Shown here one piece after another: positions 9,696-19,515 of a stretch of DNA of 32,000 nucleotides. Source of the stretch: Acaryochloris marina MBIC11017. GTDB taxonomy: Bacteria > Cyanobacteriota > Cyanobacteriia > Thermosynechococcales > Thermosynechococcaceae. The notes beneath the pieces are model-generated. The model made no database searches, was not told where the DNA came from, and worked only from the letters and a program-made list of their open reading frames with translations. The DNA lies in the NCBI RefSeq assembly GCF_000018105.1, contig NC_009925.1:180001-212000 (forward strand), in the 5' to 3' direction. How positions within the stretch are numbered: position 1 is the stretch's first letter; each line of letters opens with the position of its first letter. The translations under genes were made by a program, and so were the position numbers.

Positions 9696-9738
9696 TACAA
9701 AACAATCCTGAGCATGCCGGTGAGGCACTGCTCAGGAT
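9696..9738 (-). terminator. rho-independent terminator downstream of the HLIP gene
   Basis: Perfect 10-bp stem ATCCTGAGCA/TGCTCAGGAT (9705-9714 and 9729-9738) with a 14-nt loop. On the minus strand it is followed by TTGTTTTGT. Confidence 0.55.
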
Positions 9739-9784
9739 CGCAAGAATATGGATGGGAAGATTTCTCAGTAGAAGGCGTCGAAGA

Positions 9785-9949
9785 CTAGGCTAGTCCCAGA
9801 TAAGAAAAAATGCCCTGACCGGTTACCGCTTCAAAAACAAGAGCGGCAATAAAAGCAATCATGGCAGCGCGACCGCCAAACCGTTCTGCAAATTCATTGA
9901 ATCCAAACTTGGGAGAAATTTGATTTGGAACGCGGCTGGGTTCAATCAT
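9785..9949 (-). CDS. hli: high-light-inducible protein (HLIP; CAB/ELIP/HLIP family), 54 aa
   Basis: Not in the ORF track because it is under 60 aa. Sequence is MIEPSRVPNQISPKFGFNEFAERFGGRAAMIAFIAALVFEAVTGQGIFSYLGLA. It contains the chlorophyll-binding helix signature FGFN-x2-AE-x3-GR-x-AM(I/L)-x-F. A terminator follows. Confidence 0.8.
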   Translation of the reverse strand: MIEPSRVPNQISPKFGFNEFAERFGGRAAMIAFIAALVFEAVTGQGIFSYLGLA

Positions 9950-10046
9950 GGTTGGTGATCCGGAAATGTTAAGAAAGTTTACGTTAGTCTCAGAATAAAA
10001 GCCAGAGACGCTCTAAGTCAATCTTAACAAAAGGACTTTGCATCGA

Positions 10047-10937
10047 TCACACGGTCCGCCAAATCGCGTCTGCTACCTGGCAAACCTCCCTCATGGCTGC
10101 TCCATCATGAATGCGGAGGATGTCGGCACCACCTTGAATGGCCGCGCAACAGGCAGCAGCCGTTCCCCATACGCGTTGTTGCGGATCTGGCTGATTTAGG
10201 ATTTGACCGATAAAGCTCTTTCGGGAAGGTCCCACCAGAATAGGACAACCTAAAACCTTAAACTGTGCGATTTCGCGCAGTAGGGATAGGTTTTGGGGGC
10301 CAGTTTTAGCAAACCCAATGCCTGGATCAATCGCCAGGAACTCTCTAGGGATGCCCGCGACCAGGGCAGCATCGATTTGCTGTTGCAAGAAGTCAATAAT
10401 GTCCTTAATCATGTCCTGATAGGCTGTGAGTTGTTGCATGGTTTGGGGGGTGCCCCGCATATGCATCAAAATAATCGGGACCTGTAGATGGGCAACGGTG
10501 GACAACATCTGTGGATCATAAGTGCCACCCGAGACATCGTTGACGAGATCGGCTCCGGCTGCGATCGCAGCTGCTGCTACGGAGGATCGTGTCGTATCCA
10601 CCGAAATGGGAACGTCTAGTTGAGACCGAATCGCCTGAATAACAGGAATGACCCGATCTAACTCTTCTGCCTCAGCAATTTCAATGGCTTGAGGACGAGT
10701 GGATTGCCCCCCAATATCGAGAATGTCGATACCAGCTTTTACCAGGTGATGGGCCTGAGATAGAGCTGCGGATTGGGAGTTAAATTGGCCACCATCACTA
10801 AAACTATCCGGGGTTACGTTCAAAATTCCCATTAAATAGGTGCGACTTCCCCAGGCAAAGGTTTGATTGCGAAGCGTCCAGGATGGAATATGGGCAGGAA
10901 CATTCATAGGTATAGATAAAAGGGGATGGCACAGCAC
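10047..10937 (-). CDS. folP: dihydropteroate synthase
   Basis: Motifs GILNVTPDSFSDGG, DIGGQSTRP, VNDVSGG and GPSRKSF. The true start is probably the internal Met at 10907 (MNVPAHIPS). Confidence 0.9.
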   Translation of the reverse strand: MLCHPLLSIPMNVPAHIPSWTLRNQTFAWGSRTYLMGILNVTPDSFSDGGQFNSQSAALSQAHHLVKAGIDILDIGGQSTRPQAIEIAEAEELDRVIPVIQAIRSQLDVPISVDTTRSSVAAAAIAAGADLVNDVSGGTYDPQMLSTVAHLQVPIILMHMRGTPQTMQQLTAYQDMIKDIIDFLQQQIDAALVAGIPREFLAIDPGIGFAKTGPQNLSLLREIAQFKVLGCPILVGPSRKSFIGQILNQPDPQQRVWGTAAACCAAIQGGADILRIHDGAAMREVCQVADAIWRTV

Positions 10938-11160
10938 TCATTCACTGAACAGTTTAAGGTTCAAAACTCCTGTAAATATTTACATGGATGCATTTACAAG
11001 AGAAGCCAGCACCTCAGAAAATAAGGGCAAATCATGGCCTATTGTGCGGGGTTTGCTTGAAGGTGCTTTAAGCAATGCATCTTGATTTGATTTCTCAAGG
11101 AGAGATCAAAGTCAATCTCTATAGCCCAATTATACCAATCGATACGTCACTTTTGAATCC

Positions 11161-11607
11161 CTACACTAGAGTGATTGACCCGCAATTTAGCCCACTCTTG
11201 GCAAAGCCTGAACCCGTTTTGGGATCCCTTTCATCGGCCAAATTTTGAATCGAGCTTAAGAGGGATCCTTTTTGGGCATGAGTCAACTTGTCGGTGCACT
11301 CTGCCGAAGTACCGCTAAGGTGTGAAGTTTTATGAACCTGAGCATAAATGATGGTTTCTACTCCTCTGGGATCCCTGGATGTGATCACTACTTCCCTGGC
11401 CAAGCAGGTCAAGGAAAAGTTATCGATCACTAATTGCGGAATCCCAAATTTGCCTTTTCCGTATTGATACACCGCATCTCGGCAGACCAGGTAGAAGCAA
11501 ACATTGGCTTCATGTGAGGTTGCTATGGGCGAAACTTGGCCACCAATCAGGGCTGATAATCCAAGATGGGCTGGTCGTATTTTAAGCTGTAATGATGTAT
11601 TGCTCAT
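11161..11607 (-). CDS. hypothetical protein
   Basis: 148-aa ORF with ordinary composition. I recognised no motifs. Confidence 0.45.
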   Translation of the reverse strand: MSNTSLQLKIRPAHLGLSALIGGQVSPIATSHEANVCFYLVCRDAVYQYGKGKFGIPQLVIDNFSLTCLAREVVITSRDPRGVETIIYAQVHKTSHLSGTSAECTDKLTHAQKGSLLSSIQNLADERDPKTGSGFAKSGLNCGSITLV

Positions 11608-11848
11608 TACTCATGATGAATACCTCCAAAGATTGACCATTGAACCCAGTCAGGGAACCAGCGAACCAGACAGCGAGAAGCCGAGATTAAATCAGAGCTG
11701 GCTATCGATTCCTGGGCAACCTGTCCAGTCAAATGTTAAATAAGAAACGTTTAAGTGTACATAGGGATGAATTAAAGCGTTGTTGATTGAATTTACGTGG
11801 AAAGGGTCAACCGTTTCTGGGGGGATGCCAGTTGACCCCAAGCTTTGA

Positions 11849-12307
11849 TTAGTCGATGGCGATCAAACCGTGCTTTGTCTTGACGCATTCGGTACGACCG
11901 ATGATTACGGTCTGTGTGTGGCTGGGCTTGGTTTGGGTGCTGGGCTTGGCGTGTGTGAGGACCTTGGGGCGCTTGCAGCCGACGTTAGGGATGCGACGGG
12001 CGTTAGCAGATCCAGGCACCGCAACGTGGCCCCAATTTTCAGTGATTGACTCCAGTTCAGAAGAGATTTGCTTTTGGTGCTGCTGGTTGGCGCGCTCAGT
12101 TGTTTCGTAGAGACTGAACAGCGCATCTTGCTTGGACCCGAAGCGCTGAGAGATTGAACGGCCCAACTCGTAGTAGAAATTACCAGAAAAATCTTTGTAG
12201 ATCCGACCCAAAAACTCTGGGCCGTTATAGGCGATCCAAACATTGTTAGCGTCAGAAGCGGCAACAGTGGCGAGACAAGGGCGGGCGGTGACTGCTGTTG
12301 ATGTCAT
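11849..12307 (-). CDS. hypothetical protein
   Basis: 152-aa ORF divergent from the XRE regulator gene. I recognised no motifs. The basic C-terminal half is rich in K/T/P/H. Confidence 0.5.
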   Translation of the reverse strand: MTSTAVTARPCLATVAASDANNVWIAYNGPEFLGRIYKDFSGNFYYELGRSISQRFGSKQDALFSLYETTERANQQHQKQISSELESITENWGHVAVPGSANARRIPNVGCKRPKVLTHAKPSTQTKPSHTQTVIIGRTECVKTKHGLIAID

Positions 12308-12535
12308 AATTGTGTGTAAGTTCTGATTACTGTTTGGGACTTGAGGGGCCGCTTGGAAATCTGTAGGAGGAGGACTAAGCGGCTTCTCTTATGTACTTAG
12401 TATACACTCAATTAGGTAAATAATATACACGATTGAGTATATTAAAAATATTCAACAGTGCAAATTACACCATCTTGCATGTATCCCAGGGAATAGGAAT
12501 ACCTTTTCGTGTAGCATAAGGAGCGTGTTCTGTAG

Positions 12536-12769
12536 ATGATCACTATGATTGGGTGGAAAATGCGAACGATCATGAGCGATCGAGAATTGACAATTAAAGA
12601 TGTTTCAGAGGCGACCGGATACCACGTCAATACGATCGGAAAATGGCGAAGGTCCAAAGGAATGCCTAAACTTGATGGAACGGAGTTAGACAAACTCTGT
12701 GAAGCATTGGATTGCAGTATTTACGCACTGCTAGGTAAAAGCTCCATTGACGAGCCATTCAAACCTTGA
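12536..12769 (+). CDS. XRE/Cro-C1 family helix-turn-helix regulator
   Basis: HTH segment LTIKDVSEATGYHVNTIGKWRRS followed by LDKLCEALDCSIYALL, typical of short Cro/C1-type (HTH_26-like) proteins. The start is probably the internal Met (MRTIMSDREL). Confidence 0.75.
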   Translation: MITMIGWKMRTIMSDRELTIKDVSEATGYHVNTIGKWRRSKGMPKLDGTELDKLCEALDCSIYALLGKSSIDEPFKP

Positions 12770-12790
12770 CCTGGAATTCCTACAGCTTCT

Positions 12791-12976
12791 CTACGGTCGC
12801 CACTCCCCAACAGCAACCCCCGACCCAAAATCGCTGTAGATATCCCAGGAAATACCCTCGATAATCCTTGAAAGCCCTTTATTGATTGGCTTCTGAGGAT
12901 TGCGGGGGTTGTTTTTAGTTTGGGTCATGGCGGAAACTCCCAAACGCCACCACTTATTAGTGGTGTTATGTTCCAA
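12791..12976 (-). CDS. hypothetical small protein (likely 45 aa from the internal Met at 12928)
   Basis: ORF convergent with the XRE gene. GGGAG lies upstream of the internal ATG (MTQTKNNPRNPQKPINKG...). No family recognised. Confidence 0.2.
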   Translation of the reverse strand: MEHNTTNKWWRLGVSAMTQTKNNPRNPQKPINKGLSRIIEGISWDIYSDFGSGVAVGEWRP

Positions 12977-13034
12977 GTGTTCGATCGAGATGCGCTAAGG
13001 GGTCCTGGGCGCTAAATAATGGTTGCTTTATTGA

Positions 13035-13655
13035 GTATTATCTACAACCCTACCAACTGGAAGGAGCAACGGTTGGCGGTGTTTTAAGCTGTCGGGATGT
13101 GACCAAGGAAAAAAAGCTAATGCTGAATTCAGGCATCAGGCACTCCATGCCGCCCTCACAGGTTTGCCAAATCGGGGTTGGTTTGATCAGTTACTCAGGG
13201 ACTCCTTGGAGGATGCCATTGAGCAATCGACCTCTCTAGCGGTGATGTTTTTAGATCTGGATCGGTTTAAAGAGGTCAACGATGCTTTGGGCCATGCCAT
13301 TGGTGATCGTCTACTAAACATAGTGGTTCAACGACTTTCGGGTTGCCTCCGCACGATGGATGTTATTGCCCGTTGGGGTGGAGATGAATTTATTCTGCTG
13401 CAACCCCAAATTTCTGGTCGGAATGATGCGGGTGAAATCGCTCATCGTTTGATTGACGTGTTGCAGTCAGATACCTGCATACAGGGCAACGCTATCAACG
13501 TTACAGTTAGTGTCGGTATTGCTCTGTATCCCGAGGATGGTTCAGATGCGTGCACTCTTGTTCAATGTGCTGATATAGCCTTATATCGAGCTAAAAATTC
13601 TGGACGCAATAACTATCAGTACTATTCCACTGATGTGATGGTGAGCGAACTGTAA
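13035..13655 (+). pseudogene. remnant of a PAS-GGDEF diguanylate cyclase gene (5'-truncated, frameshifted)
   Basis: The GGDEF domain is intact in one frame (LTGLPNRGWF...LDLDRFKEVND...RTMDVIARWGGDEFILL...YRAKNSGRNNY). Only the tail of a PAS domain (FIEYYLQPYQLEGATVGGVLSCRDVTKEKK) lies upstream, and it is in another frame. The two frames join across an A7 run at 13109-13115. That PAS-tail frame is closed by a TAG at 12958-12960, so there is no room for a sensor domain. No ATG start. Confidence 0.75.
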
Positions 13656-13836
13656 AGAGTTCTTTCCATCATGATATTGATCATAATAAACGCTTATTTT
13701 TGCTCTAGGTTTACTCTTTCATAAGTCTAAATTTAGTAGACTTTATTAGATTTTTACAATCAATTCAGTTGGTTATTAAACATATTTATTAGTAATTCTG
13801 TTGTAAGTAGAAATGTATAAGGATGAAAAAACTAAC

Positions 13837-14214
13837 TTAGATATCCATTGCCAAATGCCATCTTGTTGTTGAATTCTTGGCTTCTTGCAATACTTTTCGA
13901 AAATCTTGTAACTCTGCATGCAATGAGTCTTTATCATTTACTATGTCTGGGTTTTCCTGAATGTAAGATATCAAACTATCAAACCACTGAATTCCCTCAG
14001 ATATATCAAACCATTGATTAGCATCGGGTACCGTATCAGGATCAATATCATAATCTGCCAGTAATTCATCACTGACGCCTAAATAGTCTTCAATTAACTT
14101 TAAGTCTAGTTGAGTAGCAATATAATTTAGCCTTTCCTCCTCTTCTGCTAGAATTTTGCCATCAACCATTGTGCATATATCATTGTCGAGTTCTATGTAA
14201 TATGCAACTCCCAT
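13837..14214 (-). CDS. hypothetical small acidic protein (immunity-protein-like)
   Basis: 125-aa strongly acidic ORF in an AT-rich patch (MGVAYYIELDNDI...WFDISEGIQWFDSLISYIQENPD...). It lies immediately downstream of a decayed SMI1/KNR4-like gene. The family assignment is uncertain. Confidence 0.55.
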   Translation of the reverse strand: MGVAYYIELDNDICTMVDGKILAEEEERLNYIATQLDLKLIEDYLGVSDELLADYDIDPDTVPDANQWFDISEGIQWFDSLISYIQENPDIVNDKDSLHAELQDFRKVLQEAKNSTTRWHLAMDI

Positions 14215-14348
14215 ATCATTTGTTCCTCTGATTATGAATTACAGTTAAATCTAAATTTCCAAGTATTTAACTTTCAGCTGCCTAATTATCCCAAACATGC
14301 TAGTTCATAAACGCACTTTCGGTGCGAGACTATAGTTGCTAAATACCA

Positions 14349-14668
14349 CTAATGCAGGATTAAAGAATCAGCATCATGAAGTCTATGGTAGAGAATCATC
14401 AAGGAAATCTTGCTGTTACCCGGTTAACTGTTCAAATAGTGTGGGTCATCAAGTATTGGGAGGCCAATTATTCTCCTCTCCATTATGCAATGGAAAAGAG
14501 TATCCAAAGTGTATCAGGTAGGTTTACTTGCAGTTTAGATTCAAGTTCCCTAATTTGAGTTTTTGTAGCAAGTACTCTCCAATTTTCTGGGGCTGTAGAC
14601 AAAGACTCTAGAAGCCAATTCTCAATGCGATTCTTTTCGATTGGAGTCCGTTCTTGTTCGCTCATCAT
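14349..14668 (-). pseudogene. decayed SMI1/KNR4 (SUKH-1) family immunity-like gene
   Basis: The 61-aa ORF ends ...TKTQIRELESKLQVNLPDTLWILFSIA-stop. The next frame continues HNGEENNWPPNT-stop. Together these recreate the SUKH signature E-x-KL-x2-LP-x-(D/T)-x6-NG. Further fragments (PGNSKISLMILYH...) sit in a third frame. At least two frame disruptions are present. Confidence 0.4.
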
Positions 14669-14956
14669 CGATAATTGTTGATGAATAATATTGGAACTGG
14701 GAAACTGGAAAGGTGCTCAGGCATATTTCTGGCATACCTATCTCAATACACTCAAGTTCTATGATGACAATCGCAAACAGCTTCAGAAGAGGGCTTCTGC
14801 GAAGCTAGCGGAGACGATTTCTTGGAGGATAAATTCTGATAGTTTATCGGATCACTAACTAAATCAATCTTGAGAAAGACACCTCAAAAAAATGGCGATG
14901 CTCTATCATCACCAGAAAATTGAAAATAACCCATAGTTCATACCCTGAGTTTAAGG

Positions 14957-16156
14957 ATGTGGAGAACGCCAGAGATAATGCAGATATCCAAGGGAGCCAA
15001 CTATCTTTGGGGACTGCTAGTAATCACCCTTTTAGTCGTGGTATCAGCCAGTCATCTTGCAACTAAGAATATGAGCCACCCTCATCCAAAACAACGTTAT
15101 TTTTATCAAGGTTTTATCTATCAGCCTTATGACTGGAGCGATGAAGCTTTTGAAGAAACTTTTCGGGTGATCGGGGAAAACAGTGACATCATTGGTTTCT
15201 ACTTTGATGGTTTTGTGCCCTGGAATGAGGCAGCAGCAAAGAAAACCTATCATCCAGTACAGGAGCAGGAAATCCAAAAAAGAATCAATGGCATTAAACC
15301 TCACCAAAAGATTTTCCTGGGGACGAGTCTTTTAGGGAGTGATCGGGTCAGTCTCTCGGGTTATTTAGGGGAATACGAAGTTCCAAGAACAGGCAAGTGG
15401 AAAGATAAGACTTTCGATGATCCAGAAGTGATTGCGGCTTATCTTCATTGGTGTCGAGATCTCATTACCCGGTTTCAGCCTGATTATTTTATGTATGTAG
15501 CAGAGGTAGATTCTGGCCTTGTTAACGTTGATGATCCTCGCTTCCAAAGTCTACTCCGTTCGGTGAAGCAGATTTACCCAGTATTAAAACGGGAGTTCCC
15601 ATCCCTGCCGATACTCATTGAATTTGTGCTAGAAAATGACGAACAGATGAGTAAACGATCGGAGGTGACTCAATCGTTATTACCCTATACGGATATGTAT
15701 GCGGTGAGTACCTTCCCCTTCATTATGACGGGAGGCAATCCTGCGGATATTCCTAAGGATTGGTTTTCACGGGCAAAGGAAATCGCACCAAATAAGCCGT
15801 TCGCAGTCGTTGAAACTAATTTCTTGGCTGAAGACTTTTATCATCCAACACAGGGAATTCCTATTCCATTTAGGAAGAAACGCTTACTGATTCCGGCGCG
15901 AGAGAAGTGGCAAGCTGCGTATATTGAATTCTTGCTTTCTGAAGCCCATCGATTGGAGGCAGAGTTTGTGTTGCACTGGGGGTATCGCGATTTGGACCAA
16001 TTGCAAGCCAAGTTGGATGGTACGGGTGGTGCGTTTGATTCAAATATTCATGGCTTTGCCAGTTTATCTAAAGACTGTGGACTTATTGACGAGAAAGGTC
16101 GTCCTCGCCCCTCCTTTAACGTATGGCAAAGATGGCTGTCTCTTCCAAAAGTCTAG
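14957..16156 (+). CDS. membrane-anchored hypothetical protein, possibly a clan GH-A (TIM-barrel) glycosidase-like fold
   Basis: 399 aa with an N-terminal TM anchor (LWGLLVITLLVVVSA). Candidate acid/base and nucleophile glutamates lie in FMYVAEVDSG and FAVVETNF, spaced roughly as in GH-A enzymes. The function call is weak. Confidence 0.6.
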   Translation: MWRTPEIMQISKGANYLWGLLVITLLVVVSASHLATKNMSHPHPKQRYFYQGFIYQPYDWSDEAFEETFRVIGENSDIIGFYFDGFVPWNEAAAKKTYHPVQEQEIQKRINGIKPHQKIFLGTSLLGSDRVSLSGYLGEYEVPRTGKWKDKTFDDPEVIAAYLHWCRDLITRFQPDYFMYVAEVDSGLVNVDDPRFQSLLRSVKQIYPVLKREFPSLPILIEFVLENDEQMSKRSEVTQSLLPYTDMYAVSTFPFIMTGGNPADIPKDWFSRAKEIAPNKPFAVVETNFLAEDFYHPTQGIPIPFRKKRLLIPAREKWQAAYIEFLLSEAHRLEAEFVLHWGYRDLDQLQAKLDGTGGAFDSNIHGFASLSKDCGLIDEKGRPRPSFNVWQRWLSLPKV

Positions 16157-16390
16157 CTTGGAGGTGAGCGCAGCCTTGAATTTTACGTGATAGCTTGTCA
16201 TACATCCTTTGTGCCTTTTAAACCCTGTATGGGAACACTTAGAGCTGAAAAGTAAAAATAGTCAGGGGTTAGTTCAACTCTTAAGCTTCTTTCGCTTAAA
16301 AGCTGGAGGAATGATGAGTTCCAGCAGAACTGTTATAAAAAAACTGGGGCTTCTATTTCAATAGAGGGTTGTCCTATCACTAGACAGCGT

Positions 16391-19129
16391 ATGACCGGTT
16401 GGAAATCTCATTTGAACATTTTGGGGAAGCTACAAGCGAAAGCGACTTTACAAAACCCGATTCACCTAATTTTGGTTTCCACTGGTTTGCTCGTCACCGG
16501 GATGATGACATCTACGATGGCCATCGGACAATCACTAACCAACAAAACCAAAAATGTTCTCGTCATTCACTCCTATCACGCAGAACTATCCTGGACCCAA
16601 CAAGAAAAAGAAGGGATTGATCAAGGGTTTCAAAACAGTGGTCGCAACATTCGCCTTTTTCACGAATATCTAGACCTGAAACGGTATCCCGACGCACCCC
16701 ATAAGCAGGAATATCTAAACTACCTACGGCAAAAATATCAAGACACCCCCATTGATGTATTGATGGTCGGTGACGATCCTGGCTTAAATCTGGTTCTTGA
16801 GTATCGCCGTGCATTCTTATCCCAGGTACCTCTCGTCTATTTTGGACTGAATCATGTTCGAGAGTCCCTTCTCAACGAGCCTGGGATGACGGGAGTATAT
16901 GAAACTCATAGTTATGAGGAAACAATACTAGAGGCCGTTCGCCAAACAAAAAGTAACGGCATTATTCTCATCAGTGACTCTACAGCATCAGGTGATGCTA
17001 ATCGCAAGCGAATCGGGCAATTGCGGACCCGTCCTCAAGCGCCTAAAGAAATCATCCATCTTGTCGATTTGGTTCCCCAAAAAATTGCTGAAGAAATTGG
17101 TCAATATCCTGACCACTGGCCCATCTTTATGCTGGGGCAACTTCGTCTAGAATCGGTCGATGGCCCCTTGATCGACTTTAATCAAGGGTCAAATCTTCTA
17201 GTTCAAACTATTCCTAACCCTATTTATTCCGTTAGTTCACTCATGATTGGTGAAGGAATTGTGGGTGGAAAAGTTTTGGATGGGAATGTCCATGCCCAAC
17301 AAGCTGTTGACTTAGCGCTCCAAATCCTGGATGGCAAGCCCGTTGATCAAATTTCGCCCATTATTAAATCCAAGAATCTATGGATTTTTGATGCCAAGAT
17401 GCTCAAACGGGCTGGCTTACCCCTAGACGATCTCCCGCCAGGTAGTATGCTGATTAACCAAGAAGCGTCTTGGTTAGAAGAAAATCAAACCTTACTGATT
17501 ATCGTCTCAACGATCTTTTTCTCAGGCTCTGTCACCATCCTGTTGTTGATGCGTTCCATTCGCAAGCAAAGACGTATTGAAAGCGAGCTGCGGGGCAATC
17601 AAGCCAAACTCAAATTAGCTCAACAAACTCTGGAGAAGCGTGTAGAGCAAAGAACTGAGGAGCTATCAGCTGCCAAAGAAAAAGCTGAAATCGCCAACCA
17701 TGCCAAAACAGAATTCCTCGCCAATATGAGCCATGAGCTTCGTACACCGTTGAATGCCATCTTGGGGTTTAGCCAGTTACTCCAAAGTGAAGGCAATCTT
17801 ACTGAAGCGCACCATAGCCATGTTGGTATCATCAATCGCAGTGGCGAACACCTCCTCACCCTGATCAACGATGTCCTCGAACTTTCCAAAATTGAAGCTG
17901 GACAAACCGTTGTTAACGTATCTTCTCTCGATCTGATTGAGCTGCTAGAGACACTGCAATCGATGATGCAGCTCAAAGCTAATGCCAAAAGCATTCACCT
18001 ATCGACAACTTACAATCCTGACATCCCCCACTTCATCGAAACCGACACGATTAAATTACGGCAAATTCTGATTAATCTGCTGGGGAACGCCATCAAGTTT
18101 ACGAAACAAGGCCAAGTTAACTTGAATGTCCGCACCCTTGAGACCCCAAATACAGAGGGCTTGATATGTTTGCAGTTTACGGTCAGCGACACTGGTCCAG
18201 GGATCGATTCCTCTGGATTGGAAGCGATTTTCACCCCCTTCGTGCAGACTCGAACTGGTCAACAATCTCAAGAAGGGACCGGACTAGGTCTGCCGATTAG
18301 TCGTAAATTTGCCAGGCTTCTGGGAGGAGACATTACCGTTGACAGTACGCCGAACGAAGGCAGTGCGTTCCATTGCACCATCCAAGCGAAACAGACGACG
18401 ATGCCCCAAGTGAGCAGCCGTCAATATACCCATGTTGTCCAGCTTGCGACCCATGAGATACCTTGGCGGATTTTAGTCGTCGACGACCAAATTGAGAACC
18501 GCCAATTAATGGTGAATCTCCTCAATTCTGTTGGCTTTGACACTCAAGAAGCGATCAATGGCCAAGAAGCGGTTGAGACAAACCAGCGCTGGCAACCCCA
18601 CTTAATTTGGATGGATCTACAAATGCCAGTCATGGACGGCAAAACGGCCCTTCAACAGATTAAGGCGGTAGCTCATCCTCCCATCGTGATTGCGTTAACG
18701 GCTAATATCTTTGAATGCGATCGCACCCAAGCTTTACAAGATGGGTTTGATGGATTTGTCCGCAAACCCTTTCGCACTTCAGAAATTTGGGAACAAATGG
18801 CTGTGCATCTGCAGGTGGATTTTATCCAAGCAACTCCATCTAGCAAGCACTCTCCCGCTGCACCTGAATCTGTCGACAATACCCTGATCTTGCAAGATCT
18901 GAAACATCTATCTCCCGATTGGCAAATTCAGCTACTCAAAGCCTCTCAATCTCTTGACACCCCCAAAATTGAACAGCTTCTCACTCAAATCCCTGACCAG
19001 TACGCGTCCCTGACCAAGATCCTCACTGAGTTAGTCAGCGCCTACCGGTTTGATCTCATCTTAGAAGTCCTAGACAGCCTCAACTTGGAGTGTGGTCACC
19101 TAAGTCTTGAAAGCGACCCTCAGACTTAG
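16391..19129 (+). CDS. hybrid sensor histidine kinase / response regulator with periplasmic solute-binding-like sensor domain
   Basis: 912 aa. It starts with an N-terminal TM and a ~330-aa extracytoplasmic domain ([22 protein letters not shown], resembling ABC substrate-binding-like sensors). A second TM and a coiled coil follow. Then come the HisKA H-box ([15 protein letters not shown]), the HATPase N/G boxes ([21 protein letters not shown]) and a REC domain (ILVVDDQ...[11 protein letters not shown]...KP), ending in a helical C-terminal extension. Confidence 0.9.
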   Translation: MTGWKSHLNILGKLQAKATLQNPIHLILVSTGLLVTGMMTSTMAIGQSLTNKTKNVLVIHSYHAELSWTQQEKEGIDQGFQNSGRNIRLFHEYLDLKRYPDAPHKQEYLNYLRQKYQDTPIDVLMVGDDPGLNLVLEYRRAFLSQVPLVYFGLNHVRESLLNEPGMTGVYETHSYEETILEAVRQTKSNGIILISDSTASGDANRKRIGQLRTRPQAPKEIIHLVDLVPQKIAEEIGQYPDHWPIFMLGQLRLESVDGPLIDFNQGSNLLVQTIPNPIYSVSSLMIGEGIVGGKVLDGNVHAQQAVDLALQILDGKPVDQISPIIKSKNLWIFDAKMLKRAGLPLDDLPPGSMLINQEASWLEENQTLLIIVSTIFFSGSVTILLLMRSIRKQRRIESELRGNQAKLKLAQQTLEKRVEQRTEELSAAKEKAEIANHAKTEFLANMSHELRTPLNAILGFSQLLQSEGNLTEAHHSHVGIINRSGEHLLTLINDVLELSKIEAGQTVVNVSSLDLIELLETLQSMMQLKANAKSIHLSTTYNPDIPHFIETDTIKLRQILINLLGNAIKFTKQGQVNLNVRTLETPNTEGLICLQFTVSDTGPGIDSSGLEAIFTPFVQTRTGQQSQEGTGLGLPISRKFARLLGGDITVDSTPNEGSAFHCTIQAKQTTMPQVSSRQYTHVVQLATHEIPWRILVVDDQIENRQLMVNLLNSVGFDTQEAINGQEAVETNQRWQPHLIWMDLQMPVMDGKTALQQIKAVAHPPIVIALTANIFECDRTQALQDGFDGFVRKPFRTSEIWEQMAVHLQVDFIQATPSSKHSPAAPESVDNTLILQDLKHLSPDWQIQLLKASQSLDTPKIEQLLTQIPDQYASLTKILTELVSAYRFDLILEVLDSLNLECGHLSLESDPQT

Positions 19130-19515
19130 GTTCAAACTCGGACTTGATGTTTGTTCAATATCGGACTTCTCTCCAGCTAGGTATCACCAGTTTGAGGAGT
19201 AGATAACAATAAGGCGCTCAGTCCCAGGAAGAACTAGGGTCTATGCTCCCATAATCTCAACCTCTACTAATGAGAACAGAGGTTACGGGTCAAGACAAGT
19301 CATTTCATCCTAAAAAAAGTATCTGCTTTTCTCGCGATTGACCAAGTTCTGAAATCGCCAGCTACAGCCTGCTATCCATGAGGATAGCCAGGTGGATGAT
19401 ATCAGCAAGCTATTTTATTTTCATACAAAAAATAGCCAGTCGATGGTTGTGGCTAAAGCAACAAAATAGCCAGACTAGAACTATCCCCAATTGAACATTT
19501 CCAATCAGCACAATA

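Noticed and set aside
10971-10984. Perfect 14-bp palindrome TGTAAATATTTACA (plus an extra ATTTACA half-site at 10992-10998) upstream of folP, considered as an NtcA or CRP site
   Set aside because: The spacing is GTA-N6-TAC rather than the NtcA GTA-N8-TAC, and the half-sites do not match TGTGA. It may bind some other factor, but I cannot support a specific call.
11504-12264. ORFs 11504-11743(+), 11856-12110(+) and 11905-12264(-)
   Set aside because: They overlap the longer 148-aa and 152-aa ORFs in other frames or antisense, and nothing independent supports them.
16399-18879. Short ORFs inside the hybrid kinase gene (16399-16620, 16563-16814, 17620-17994, 18010-18234, 18056-18271, 18673-18879)
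   Set aside because: They are out-of-frame or antisense to a 912-aa ORF that has complete kinase and receiver motifs.
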